From NCBI GenBank assembly GCA_030390025.1, contig CM059449.1:930001-994000 (forward strand): a DNA stretch of 64,000 nucleotides, given 5' to 3'. A program made the translations under genes and the position numbers. Within the stretch, counting starts at the first letter, position 1, and every line of letters starts with the position of its first letter. The notes below the pieces were generated by a model. That model was not told the origin of the DNA and did not search any database. It saw only the letters and a program-made list of their open reading frames with translations. This DNA is from Squalus acanthias (Eukaryota). This document shows positions 49,501 to 59,940 of the stretch, in pieces.

Positions 49501-52500
49501 ATCGTACCTGTGCCGGCTCTTTGAAAGAGCAATCCAATTAGTCCCACTCTCCGCCCCCTGCCCCGCTCTTTCCCCATAGCCCTGAAATTTTTTTCACTTT
49601 CAAGTATTTGTCCAATTCCCTTTTGAAAGTTATAATTGAATCTGCTTCCACCACCCTTACAGACAGTGCATTCCAGATCATCATAACTCGCTGTGTAAAA
49701 AGAAATTCTCCTCATCTCCTCTCAAGTTCTTTTGCCAAGTACCTTAAATTTGTGTCCTCTGGTTACTGACCCTTCAACCATTGCAATCAGTTTCCCGTTA
49801 ATTACTCTATCAAAACCCTTCATGATTTTAAACACCTCTCTCAAATGATAATTTTATTCCAGATTTATTTAATTAACTGAATTTAAATTCCCCAACTGCC
49901 ATGGTGGGATTTGAACTCATGTCTCTGGATCATTAGTCCAGGCCTCTGGATCACGAGCTCAGTGACATTATCACTACACTACCGTTCCCTTATTGAACTA
50001 TCAAATCCCCTACCACTATTGCTCTTCCACTCTTTTTCCTCCGCCCCCCCCCACTCCCCCCCCCCCCCCCCCCCCCCACTGTGCAGCTGAGCCACTCGTG
50101 AAATTGAAGTCAATGGGCATCAGGGAAAACTCTCCACTGGTTGGAGTCATACCAAGCACAAAGGAAGATGGTTGTGGTTGTTGGAGGCCAATCATCACAG
50201 CCCCAGGACATCACTGCAGGAGTTCCTCAGGGCAGTGTCCTTGGGCAATCCATCTTCAGCTGCTTCATCAATGACCTTCCCTCCATCATAAGGTCAGAAG
50301 TGGGGATGTTTGCTGATGATTGCACAGTGTTCCGTTCTATTTGCAACTCCTCAGATAATGAAGCAGTCAATTCCCGCATGCAGCAAGTCCTGGACAACAT
50401 TCAGGCTTGGGCTGATAAGTGGCGGGTAACATTTGTGGCACACAATGGCCAGGCAATGACTATCTCCAACAAGAGGCAGTCTAACAACCCCCTTGACATT
50501 TAACGGCATTACCATCGCCGAATCCCCCACCATCAACGTCCTAGGGCTCACCATTGACCAGAAACGTAACTGGACCAGCCTCTTAAATACTGTAGCTGCA
50601 AGAGCAGGTCAGAAGCTGGGGATTCTGCAACAAGTGTCTCACGTACTGACTCCCCAAAGCCTTTCCACCATCTACAAGGCACAAGTCAGAAGTGTAATGG
50701 AATACTCTGAACTTTCTTGGATGAGTGCAGCTCCAACAACACTCAAGAAGCTCAACAGTATCCAGGACAAAGCAGCCCACTTGATTGGCACCCCATCCAT
50801 CACCTTAAACAGTCACTCCCTACAGCACCGGTGTACCGTGGCTGCAGTGTGTACCATCTACAAGTTGCACTGCAGCAACTCGCCAAGGCTTCTTTGGCAG
50901 CACCTCCCAAACCCACTACCTCTACCACCTAGAAGGACAAGGGCAGCAGGTGAATGGGAACTCCATCATCTCCAAGTCACATACCATCCTGACTTGGAAA
51001 TATATCACGGTTCCTTCATCGTCACTGGGTCAAAATGCTGGAACTCCCTCCCGAACAGCATTGTGGGAGCACCTTCACCACACAGACTGCGGTGGTTCAA
51101 GAAGGCGGCTCACCACCACCTTCTGAATGGCAATTAGGGATGGGCAATAAATGCTGGCCTTGCCAGCGATGCCCACATCCCAGGAACTAATTAAAAATAA
51201 AGCACCTTGAGGCTCCATGGGTTCTGTTTCAGTTACGCTCGTTGATTGCACTGATTCACGGATGATTTTAGGTTCAGGATTCTGATCATTTGGTTTGCGC
51301 GACCATTTGGGTGGAATTCCACCTCGACCATTTTGGGTTCAATTTCCTGATTGCGAACACGCAGAAGCCCTTGAATCTTCACTTAAACTTTATCTGGGCC
51401 AACACCACCAAAACCAGATTGAACTCGTTCATTACTTTTCTGTGGGTGGGATCATGCTGTGCATAATATGGCTGACGCTGTTGCTTACATAATGGTCACT
51501 GCACTTCAAACAGTAATTGTTCGGATGTGGTGCACTTTTGGGACATCCTGAGAATGTGATCAGTCGCTATACAACACCAACAACAACTTGTATTTATACA
51601 GCACCTTTAACATAGTAAAACGCCCCAAGGTGCTTCACAGGAGTGTTATCAGAAAAAATGTGACACTGAGGCACATGAGATATTAGGACAGGTAACCAAA
51701 AATTTGGTCAAAGAGGTTTTAAGGAGCATCTTCAAGGAAAAGAGAGAGGTAGAGAGGCGGAGAGGTTTAGGGAGGGAATTCCAGAGCTTAAGGCCCAGGC
51801 AGCTGAAGGCACGGCCGCCAATCGGGGCTGCAAAGGAGGCCAGAATTGGAGGAATGTAGAGATCCCGGAGGGTTATGGGGCTGGAGGAGGTTACAGAGGT
51901 GGGGAGGCATGTAGGGCTGGAGGAGGTTACAGAGATAGGGAGGGTTGTAGGGCTGGAGGAGGTTACAGAGATAGGGAGGGTTGTAGGGCTGGAGGAGGTT
52001 ACAGAGATAGGGAGGGTTGTAGGGCTGGAGGAGATTACAGAGATAGGGAGGGATGAGGCCATGGAAGGATTTGAATACAAGGATGTGAATTGTAAAATTG
52101 AGGTGTTGCCAGACCGGGAGCCAGTGTAGGTCAGCGAGCGCAGGGGTGATGGGTGAACAGGACTTGGTGCGAGTTAGGACACGGGCAGCAGAGTTTTGGA
52201 TCTGCTCAAGTTTACAGAGGGTGGGAGATGGGAGGCCGGCCAGGAGTGTGTTGGAATAGTCAGGTCTGGAGGTAACAAAGGCATGGATTTAGGGTTTCAG
52301 CAGCCTATGAGTTGAGGTGGAGCAGAGAAGGGCGATGTGATCACTCGCTATATAAAGACAAGTCTTCCTTTGTCCCATCCAAACACTGTCTGCTGTCTGA
52401 ATTTGATTCTTTTCTTTAACTCATTAATGAAAGTTATTCCAAGTCCCATGAAAATCACTGAGACCAGTCAGGAAACTGGAGGTTGTTTCTAATGAAAATC

Positions 52501-55500
52501 TATTCTCTTCCAGATCTACAGAAGCAGCTAGAAGTCTCAGGTAAGAAGAGTTGTGAGAAAATCTCAGCTGTGGTTCCATGGCCCCTCCATGCAGTGTGTA
52601 ATTATTGAAAGGGATGATGCCCAGTATCAGTGTAGCTGGATTGTATTTTGTCGATAAGTATTGTGATGAATTCTGGTGATATTTATCTGCTCTGTGTGAT
52701 GTCTCCGCTGAACAGCAGCTGTGTTGTAAGTTTTCCCGAAGGTTTTTACACAGGGTCACACACCATGAGCTGCTCCCTCCTGATCCACAATTACTGTGCG
52801 ACCTCGTTCCCACAGAATGGTCTTACTGACGGAGATAAGCATCTTCTCACAGTGAGTGGATCCGGCTCTTTTAAGGTTCCTGTCTAGAAGTGGACAGTCC
52901 CGAGTGTGGTGGATCCTGTGTGATGTGCAGCTCTCAGTGAGATATGTCAGTGGTGTCCGGGTCACTGTAAATAAATGACAATCATTGTGTCGCCCAGTTC
53001 TGTGATCCATTTATGCTCAGTATTTACACTTTATTATGTGATGGCGCCATTGATATTTTAATCTGTTTTTCAGAGTGGAAGGAGATTACGATGTTTGCAG
53101 GTGAGAGACTTCAGATCCTGGGGCTGTGCCGGTTTCTATCTTGTGAAGTTCAGGTTCTGCTCTGTGCGGACTGTTTAACATCCGTGGGGGAGCCCTGTCA
53201 ATAATTAAAACTGAGAGGTCGCACAACACCAGGTTATAGTCCAACAGTTTTATTTGAAATCACAAGCTTTCGGAGCTATCGATTTGCTCCTTCCTCAGGT
53301 GAAGTAAATTAGATACAGAATCTCCAAAGCATATATAGATGGAAAACAAAGCATGTGTACTTTACAATTGCAGACCAATAAATTAAATCATCCTGACTAT
53401 CTGCCGAGGTGTGATAAAGTTAATTAAGTCAGCCAGGAAGGTACCACATCAAAGACATAGCAAGATACAACTGAGACAATGAGGTGTAGTCGCAGGGGTT
53501 CTAACGTGTCAAAAGCTGCCGTCTGTATGTAAAACGAAAAGCTTTAACATTTTTTTACTTTTTTACTGGGAAAATTTTTACTTTTTTACTGGGAATCACA
53601 TCTGTGAACAAGCTAACAACGACTCGAGTCCGGATCACGTCATGTATCGTGACATAAACCCAAGATCCCGATAGCCAAGTTCCGCACTCATGAAGACGGT
53701 CTCAATCGGGATCTTGGGTTTATGTCACGATACATGACGTGATCCGGACTCGAGTCGTTGTTAGCTTGTTCACAGATGAGATTCCCAGTAAAAAAGTAAA
53801 AATTTTCCCAGTAAAAAAGTAAAAAAATGTTAAAGCTTTTCGTTTTACATACAGACGGCAGCTTTTGACACGTTAGAACCCCTGCGACTACACCTCATTG
53901 TCTCAGTTGTATCTTGCTATGTCTTTGATGTGGTACCTTCCTGGCTGACTTAATTAACTTTATCACACCTCGGCAGATAGTCAGGATGATTTAATTTATT
54001 GGTCTGCAATTGTAAAGTACACATGCTTTGTTTTCCATCTATATATGCTTTGGAGATTCTGTATCTAATTTACTTCACCTGAGGAAGGAGCAAATCGATA
54101 GCTCCGAAAGCTTGTGATTTCAAATAAAACTGTTGGACTATAACCTGGTGTTGTGCGACCTCTCAATTTTGTCCACCCCAGTCCAACACCGGCATCTCCG
54201 CATCATGAATAATTAAAACATCAGCCTTTCCACAAGTCCTGTCTGAAACACCGTCGGTCTATAAATACTGCAGTAAGTGAGAGGGGACTGTGCCACAGGG
54301 TCAGGGTGGTAACTCAATCCCGACAGAGCTGTTGTCTATTTCTCCCTGTAACAGCACATGCCACTGATATTAATATAAAGATTAATCTCTTTCTCAATTC
54401 TAAAGGCACAACCTGAGGTCACACAATCCAGCTGGGGGTCGGGCCCGGCAGATTCAGTGAGATTCCTGCTCCCAGATCCCTGCTCCAGGCCTGGGCTGTT
54501 GGGCTTGAAGCTCCCTGTAGGGAGTTGGATGGACAGAGCCCCTCTCAGTGCCTGATAGTCAGAGTCCCAGGCTGCAGGTTCGGCTCACTCCTGCTCACAC
54601 TGCAGTCACAGTGTAGGTATTGAGCTTTGACACTGTGATACTGTCTGAAATATGATGGGGGAGGAAGTGACTGATAAACATTCAGTCACACAGCACCTGT
54701 AGGAAACGGGCTAAACAGCCGGATGTTTATATGATGGAGATGTTTAAAATCATCTCAGCATGTCCCTGGTGTGTGTGTATTTGACTTGTCCCTTTCCTAC
54801 AATCATTGACTCTCAATCTGTTTGGAAGGGTGAGGGTCTGCTCCTGCTCACGGGGTGGGGTTCAGGGTCAAAGCGGCTGAATGGGCCGATCCCCAGACAG
54901 GAGAGAGACCGAGAGAAATGGTCTGAAAGTGATTATTGGACTGGGTCCGGTCTGTGTGTGACCTGCAGGTACACTGAGCCGGGATTGGACCGGGTGTGAA
55001 TGTGGAGTTGGGTCTGTGTGTGACCTGCAGGTACACTGAGCCGGTCCGTACCGGGATTGGACCGGGTGTGAATGTGGAGTTGGGTCTGTGTGTGACCTGC
55101 AGGTACACTGAGCCGGTCCGGACCGGGATTACACCGGGAGTGAATGTGGGTCTGCGAGCTGGGATCAGGCCACTCCGGGTTGTTGCTCCTGATCGGTGAT
55201 GGTTCGAGCTCCAGTTGCCGGACTCAGTTTTATATTTTTATTGCAGAGCCTGTGACTCTGGATCCGGACACAGCGAATCCCTGGCTCATCGTGTCTGAGG
55301 ACCGGACCAGTGTGAGATTCGGAGAGGAACAGCAGCCGCTCCCTGACACCCCGGAGAGGTTTGATTGGTGGGTCTGTGTCCTGGGATCGGAGGGATTCAC
55401 ATCAGGGAGACACTACTGGGAGGTGGAGGTCGGGAACAAGACTCGGTGGGATCTAGGAGTGACCCGAGAGTCTGCCCGGAGGAAAGGGGAAATCGACCCG

Positions 55501-55791
55501 AGCCCTGAGATCGGATACTGGATTGTGAGGCTGTTCCCCGGAAGGGACTATTATGCCGGCACCTCCCCCTCACGGACCCGCCTCATCCCGAGTGTGGATC
55601 CCCGGAAGATCGGGGTGTACCTGGACTATGAGGGCGGACAGGTGTCATTTTACAATGCGGACAACATGTCCCATCTCCACACTTTCACCCACACTTTCAC
55701 TGAGAGAATCTTTCCCGTCTTCGATACGGGACGGAATGTCGACGGGAAAAACCCCGCCCCGCTGACAATCTGCGAGGTTAAAGGTCACTGA
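31476..55791 (+). CDS. Butyrophilin-like gene B (leader-IgV-IgC-TM-B30.2), join(31476..31533,31625..31966,35055..35339,35477..35626,52514..52540,53074..53100,55247..55791), 477 aa
   Basis: All introns are GT-AG and phase 1; total 1434 nt with no internal stop. Kozak-like ccacaATGG with an in-frame upstream stop at 31458. Classic BTN exon layout; AATAAA at 55868. Extra micro-exons in the 16.9-kb intron cannot be excluded. Confidence 0.88.
31625..31966 (+). CDS. Gene B IgV exon (B7/BTN type)
   Basis: [22 protein letters not shown]...ELEW...YLGRSEIF...[20 protein letters not shown]; 342 nt with AG/GT boundaries. Confidence 0.95.
33745..34515 (-). mobile_element. CR1 3' fragment
   Basis: [24 protein letters not shown]. 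Confidence 0.88.
35055..35339 (+). CDS. Gene B IgC exon
   Basis: [10 protein letters not shown]...[16 protein letters not shown]...[11 protein letters not shown] IgC motifs; 285 nt, phase 1-1. Confidence 0.95.
35477..35626 (+). CDS. Gene B transmembrane exon
   Basis: [35 protein letters not shown]; TTACAG acceptor, AAG|GTAACA donor, 150 nt. Confidence 0.88.
36285..38265 (-). mobile_element. CR1 RT region, degenerate
   Basis: [34 protein letters not shown] across frameshifts. Confidence 0.9.
39142..42318 (-). mobile_element. Full-length CR1/L2-group LINE with tRNA-derived 5' head and a single EN-RT ORF (degenerate)
   Basis: A box TAGCGTAGTGG, B box GAGTTCAAATCC; YRPP, GDFN, QGSVLGP, FADD motifs; A-rich tail; GAGT TSD within a host CR1. 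Confidence 0.88.
43285..43931 (+). mobile_element. CR1 3' fragment nested in an antisense CR1
   Basis: [18 protein letters not shown]...[15 protein letters not shown]; ACCTTA TSD. Confidence 0.88.
44022..48570 (+). mobile_element. Copy of the tRNA-headed LINE family (no head), split by the 44798 CR1
   Basis: Segments 44022-44797 and 47820-48570 are similar to the reverse complement of 39142..42318. Confidence 0.85.
44798..47810 (+). mobile_element. 5'-truncated CR1 of the same family as 4037..8632 (ORF1 end plus ORF2), nested in another LINE
   Basis: ORF fragments nearly identical to those at 4117-7046; stops and frameshifts. Confidence 0.95.
49245..49845. mobile_element. Adjacent CR1 fragments (+ 49245-49455, - 49455-49845)
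   Basis: [10 protein letters not shown]-like segment and a reverse-strand CR1 3'UTR. Confidence 0.7.
50095..51198 (+). mobile_element. 3' part of the same LINE family
   Basis: [21 protein letters not shown]; conserved GCAATAAATGCTGGCCTTGCCAGCG tail. Confidence 0.9.
51572..52338 (-). mobile_element. L2 LINE 3' end with an internal 36-bp tandem expansion (51878..52052)
   Basis: GGRAFS...LWNSLP..LR motif, (TGT)n tail, [12 protein letters not shown] repeats. Confidence 0.85.
52514..52540 (+). CDS. Gene B 27-nt juxtamembrane micro-exon (DLQKQLEVS)
   Basis: tattctcttccag acceptor, CAG|GTAAGA donor, phase 1-1, heptad-like sequence. Confidence 0.8.
53074..53100 (+). CDS. Gene B 27-nt pre-B30.2 micro-exon (EWKEITMFA)
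   Basis: ctgtttttcag acceptor, CAG|GTGAGA donor; W-K motif typical of the exon before B30.2. Confidence 0.85.
53260..53302 (-). ncRNA. Hammerhead ribozyme (inverted copy)
   Basis: Exact reverse complement of 54075..54117. Confidence 0.8.
54075..54117 (+). ncRNA. Minimal type I hammerhead ribozyme in a PLE pseudo-LTR
   Basis: TCAC-CTGAGGA-A-GGAGC..GCTCC-GAAA-GCTT-GTGA: stem I, catalytic core, stem II and a palindromic AAGCTT stem III. Confidence 0.8.
54943..55153. repeat. ~61-72-bp tandem repeat (3 copies) upstream of the gene B B30.2 exon
   Basis: Repeated GGTCTGTGTGTGACCTGCAGGTACACTGAGCCGG... Confidence 0.9.
55247..55791 (+). CDS. Gene B B30.2 (PRY/SPRY) terminal exon
   Basis: [41 protein letters not shown] motifs; ttttattgcag acceptor; TGA stop. 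Confidence 0.96.
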
Positions 55792-55867
55792 CACTAATGG
55801 GTCTGTTTCCATCATTTTACCTCCAATTTCAGTTTCTCATTCCATTTCCTCCCGGGTGTTTCTGTGT

Positions 55868-55873
55868 AATAAA
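55868..55873 (+). terminator. Polyadenylation signal of gene B
   Basis: AATAAA 77 nt after the stop, followed by a GT-rich tract. Confidence 0.6.
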
Positions 55874-56078
55874 CATTTCCAATTGTAACTCAGTTTGTAA
55901 TCAGTGTTTGACTGGAACCCCAGCAGGGCCGAGGGTCACTGAATAACCCTCCCACCCTCACCCTGCAACTTATCATCCCCGCCCAACCTGGACTGGAACA
56001 GAGTCTCTGCCCCTCCAGAGACCACAGCCTGGAATTCCTGTGGAGATATTACCCGATCAATCTGCGAGGTTAGCAGAC

Positions 56079-56301
56079 CCGATCCGGAGTGAAGTGTCTG
56101 TAACTCGGTACTGATCCGGAGTGAAGTGTCTGTAACTCAGTCCCGATCCGGAGTGAACTGTCTGTAACTCAGTCCCGATCCGGAGTGAAGTGTCTGTAAC
56201 TCGTCCCGATCCGGAGTGAAGTGTCTGTAACTCGGTCCCGATCTGGAGTGAAGTGTCTGTAACTCAGTCCCGACCCGGAGTGAAGTGTCTGTAACTCAGT
56301 C
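56079..56301. repeat. 32-bp tandem repeat (7 copies)
   Basis: Unit CCGATCCGGAGTGAAGTGTCTGTAACTCAGTC, head to tail with no spacers. Confidence 0.92.
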
Positions 56302-56967
56302 CTGTTGTACCAGCCCCGTGCTCTCTCCCATGATTATATTCTGGGCAGGGAATTGTTCGGAGGCAGTTTTGAGGCTCAGGTCACCAGGACTCGTGTTTCT
56401 GCTCGCAGTGTTTTATATTATTGCTGTAACAGCATTATTCCAGCACTGGCTAATCTCTACTTTGGGAGCGACACATAGAGTGGCCAAGCCCAGGGATGTC
56501 AGCCCTGGGGTCCAGCTCCTCCGAGGGATTATTGCCGAGTTTCCATCACTCGATATTAAACAGTTAATGTTTGTAAAGGCTTCTTTCAGTAAAATAGATT
56601 TTATAAATCTGCTCATGCCACAAATGAACAAAACCTTTATCGGTGTTTCCATGTCACTGGCTTTTTACAGAGTGAATAAACAGATCCGTGGAAACAATGA
56701 GGTTGATTTGAGTGGTGTTTTATTCCAGAAATTTGAAGCATTTCCTTGCTCGTTTTGTGGCCCCATTTACTGTTTTACTGTTTTCAGACTCTTGTCGGCA
56801 ATCCCGATCTCAGCAATTCCGTGAAGATTCAGGAACATCGGCCTAGAAGTTGGTTATGGATAACATTTAATTAACCTGTACCATGTTGTGTGTAATTTCA
56901 CACGGTACCGTTACATTTATTTAACCCATTTCTGTTAAACAGGTTAATGACTCTGTTCAAACACCTA

Positions 56968-57816
56968 GGGGGAAAAATTCAGTTGGTTGCGCCTTAAGAG
57001 GGCGCTAATGGGGCGCAAAGCAACTAGCGCCCAGGCGCGGAGATGTTTGCGCCACTCGTGAAATTAACTAGACATTTTGCGGCGGCGCTAAACACTACCG
57101 CCATGATCTCCTGAGCCGGCAGATCGTGATGTCAATTGAGTGCGCAGCGCCCCGGAGCAGATATTGAGTGGCGCCCCCTGCCCTGCCGCTAGCAACGACC
57201 GGTTGAGGGGAGCGTTTTGCAGTCAGGAAGGCACTGGGGGAGCGCTATTTAAAGGCGACCTCTTCCTGCCTTTTTTTGTTGGTGACACGCATTCAGAGAG
57301 AGAGAGAGACACTTCTGGAGAGATTCAATGCTGTGTGAAGGAGTTTTGGGTACTGAGCAGCACTTTGCAGGTTCATTTTGATTTGCCCTTCCTTGTATCG
57401 ATTTAGAAGAGACTGTGGGGGCTGCACTCTGAGCTCTTTCCCTGGGCCTCTCCATTGTTCTTTCCAGCAGATTTAATGTACAGGTCTCTTCAGGCCGAGA
57501 TTCAAGGCTGCAATGAGCAGGATGTGGATAGAAAGCAAGATCAACCGTCCCCTTTAAGAACTGGCCGGCGCCATTGTGTTTGTGTTCCATTGCTGACTGA
57601 CATCACATGAGCTTCGCCAGCGCTCTGAGTTAGCGCCTCGCTCCTCGGCTTTTGCGCCTTAAGACAGATGTGTAGCGCCTGATTTAGCGCTCCAATCACC
57701 TCCAGGGGCGATAAAAGTCAAGTTTGCAGTCGGAGGCGATAATTAGCGCCAGGCGCTAATCTGTGCGCCCGGCCGATAATTGCGCCCCAAACGGGGCGAT
57801 ACTGAATTTTTCCCCC
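56968..57816 (+). mobile_element. Non-autonomous deletion derivative of the same Harbinger family (849 bp)
   Basis: Perfect 16-bp TIRs GGGGGAAAAATTCAGT, TSD CTA/CTT; both halves are similar to the ends of 10144..14237 (shared TATTTAAAG, (AG)n, TTCAAGGCTGCAATGAGCAGG, AATTAGCGCCAGGCGCTAAT). Confidence 0.92.
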
Positions 57817-57989
57817 CTTGTGTTTCTCTGCTAATACCACCAACCAGCCAGAGTATTTCAATATAACCTGCATTATATTGGAAAGCAGAGTCTTAACATC
57901 ACTGGGGAGAATTATGTTTGTACAATATGACATAAAAGGAATACACTTTTCAGTTGATGCTTTATTTTTTGAGTTTTTTTAGCATTGTT

Positions 57990-58190
57990 TGTACTTTGGG
58001 CATCAGTGGCAAGGCTGACAATTATTGCCCATTCCTAATTGCCCTTGAGAAGGTGTTGGTGAGCCGCCACCTTGAACCGCTGCAGTCCGTGTGGTGAAGG
58101 TACTCCCACAGTGCTGTTAGGTGGGGAGTTCCAGGATTTTGACCCAGCGATGATGAAGGAACAGCAATATACTTCCAAGTCAGAATGGGG
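57990..58190 (-). mobile_element. Short 3' fragment of the same LINE family
   Basis: Reverse complement of the family tail. Confidence 0.8.
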
Positions 58191-58330
58191 CATCACTTAG
58201 CAGTGAAATCAGGAATCATTTTCTCACATAAAGCGTAATGGAAATCTGGAATACTCTTTCCCAAAAGGCTGTGGGTCAATTAAAAATTTAAACACGGAGA
58301 TCGATAGACTTTTGTTAGCCAGCGTATGAG

Positions 58331-58797
58331 AAAGAAATACTTGCATTTATATAGCGACTTCCACGACCACCGCACGTCTCAAAGCGTTTTACAGCCAATG
58401 AAGTACTTTTGAAGTGTAGTCACTGTTGTAATGTGGGAAATGCGGCAGCCAATTTGCGCACAGCAAGGTCCCACAAACAGCAATGTGATAATGACCAGAT
58501 AATCTGTTTTTGTTATGTTGGTTGAGGGACAAATATTGGAAAGGACACCAGGGATAACACCCCTGCTCTTCTTCGAAATAGTGCCATGGGATCTTTTATG
58601 TCCACCTGAGAGGGCAGATGGGGCCTCGGTTTAACGTCTCGTCCGAAAGACGGCACCTTCGACAGTGCAGCACTCCCTCAGCACTGTACTGGAGTGTCAG
58701 CCTAGCTTTACGTGCTCAGGTCCCTGGAGTGGGACTTGAACCCACAACCTTCTGCCTCAGAGGTGAGTGTGCTACCAACTGAGCCACAGCTGTCACT
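58331..58797 (-). mobile_element. tRNA-derived Deu-domain SINE nested in a CR1 3' fragment (58200..58915)
   Basis: TGGCTCAGTTGG, GGTTCAAGTCCC, GTGCCGTCTTTCGGACGAGACGTTAAACCGAGG. Confidence 0.85.
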
Positions 58798-59321
58798 GTG
58801 GGCTATCGAGGGATATGGAGCCAAGGCGGGTAAATGGAGTTGAGATGTAGATCAGCCATAATCTAATTGACTGGCGGAACAGTCTGGAGGGGCTGAATGG
58901 CCTCCTACTGTTGCTATATCCGGGGGGTGAGCAATTAGCATTCTGACTGGTCTCTCAGTACTCACCAAACACACAGTTTAAACGGATCCCAGTCATTGTT
59001 CCTCAGTTGTTTTCCAAGGTAGTCCGTTTGTATCTCATACACCCCATTGTCATCAAGTTGGACATTCTGTAGCTCAATAAAGCCATCTCGGTGGAACTGA
59101 ACACGGTGTTCATAGTAAGGGTGAGTCACATACGGTCTCTCTGGCTGGTTAGAATTCTAAGCCATGATTTTAAGACTGACTGACTTTCATACTCCTCATC
59201 GCTACGGTGATTGATTGGAAACCTGATGTCTTCTCCAATGGGGAGATTAATGAGGGTGTTCAGGGAGGCTGGTATTGCTGCTCTGCACAGTGTAATACAG
59301 TGAAGTACAGGAATAGAATTT

Positions 59322-59940
59322 AAGAACATAGGAAATAAGAGCATAAGTAGGGCATATGGCCCTTCGAGCCTGCTCTGCCATTCAGTAAGATCATGGCTGA
59401 TCATAGACCTCAACTCCACTTACCTGCACTATCTCCATATCCCTTGCTGCCCCTGGAGTCCAAAAATCTATCGATCTCAGCCTTCAATATGCTCAACGAC
59501 TGAGCATCCACTGCCCTCTGGGGTAGAGAATCCCTACAAGTCACCACTCTCTGAGTGAAGAAATTCCTCCTCATCTCAGCCTTTTAAATGGTCAACCCCT
59601 TATCCTGCATCTATGCCCCCTAGTTCTAAACTCTCCAGCTGGGGAAACAACCTCTCAGCATCTACCCTGTCAATCTCCCTCAGAATCTTGTATGTTTCAA
59701 TGAGATCACCTTTCATTCCTCTAAACTCCAGAGAATATAGACCCAATCTACTCAATCTCTCGTGATAGGGCAACCCTCTCATCTCAGGGATCAATCCAGT
59801 GAGCCTCCGTTGCACCACCTCCAGGGCAAGTATATTCTTCCTTAAATAAGGAAACCAAAACTGTGCACCGTGCTCCAGGTGTGGTCTCACTCTTGTACTC
59901 CAACCCCATTGCAATAAAGGCCAACATGCCATTTGCCTTC
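59322..59940 (-). mobile_element. CR1 3' fragment (paralog of 1..340)
   Basis: Same RT C-terminal motifs; near-identical to the window start. Confidence 0.9.

Larger units (their letters stand above)
53212..54207. mobile_element. Penelope-like element remnant with inverted pseudo-LTRs (461-bp arms, 32-nt spacer, 42-nt tail)
   Basis: Arms 53212..53672 and 53705..54165; 12-bp TSD AATAATTAAAAC; the centre encodes [21 protein letters not shown], a PLE ORF C-terminus. Confidence 0.9.

Noticed and set aside
56079-56301. 32-bp repeats resembling a CRISPR array
   Set aside because: Units are contiguous with no unique spacers, there are no cas genes, and the context is eukaryotic.
56285-56824. 179-aa hydrophobic ORF
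   Set aside because: Begins at a GTG in a tandem repeat, has no recognisable motif, and lies downstream of the gene B polyA signal.
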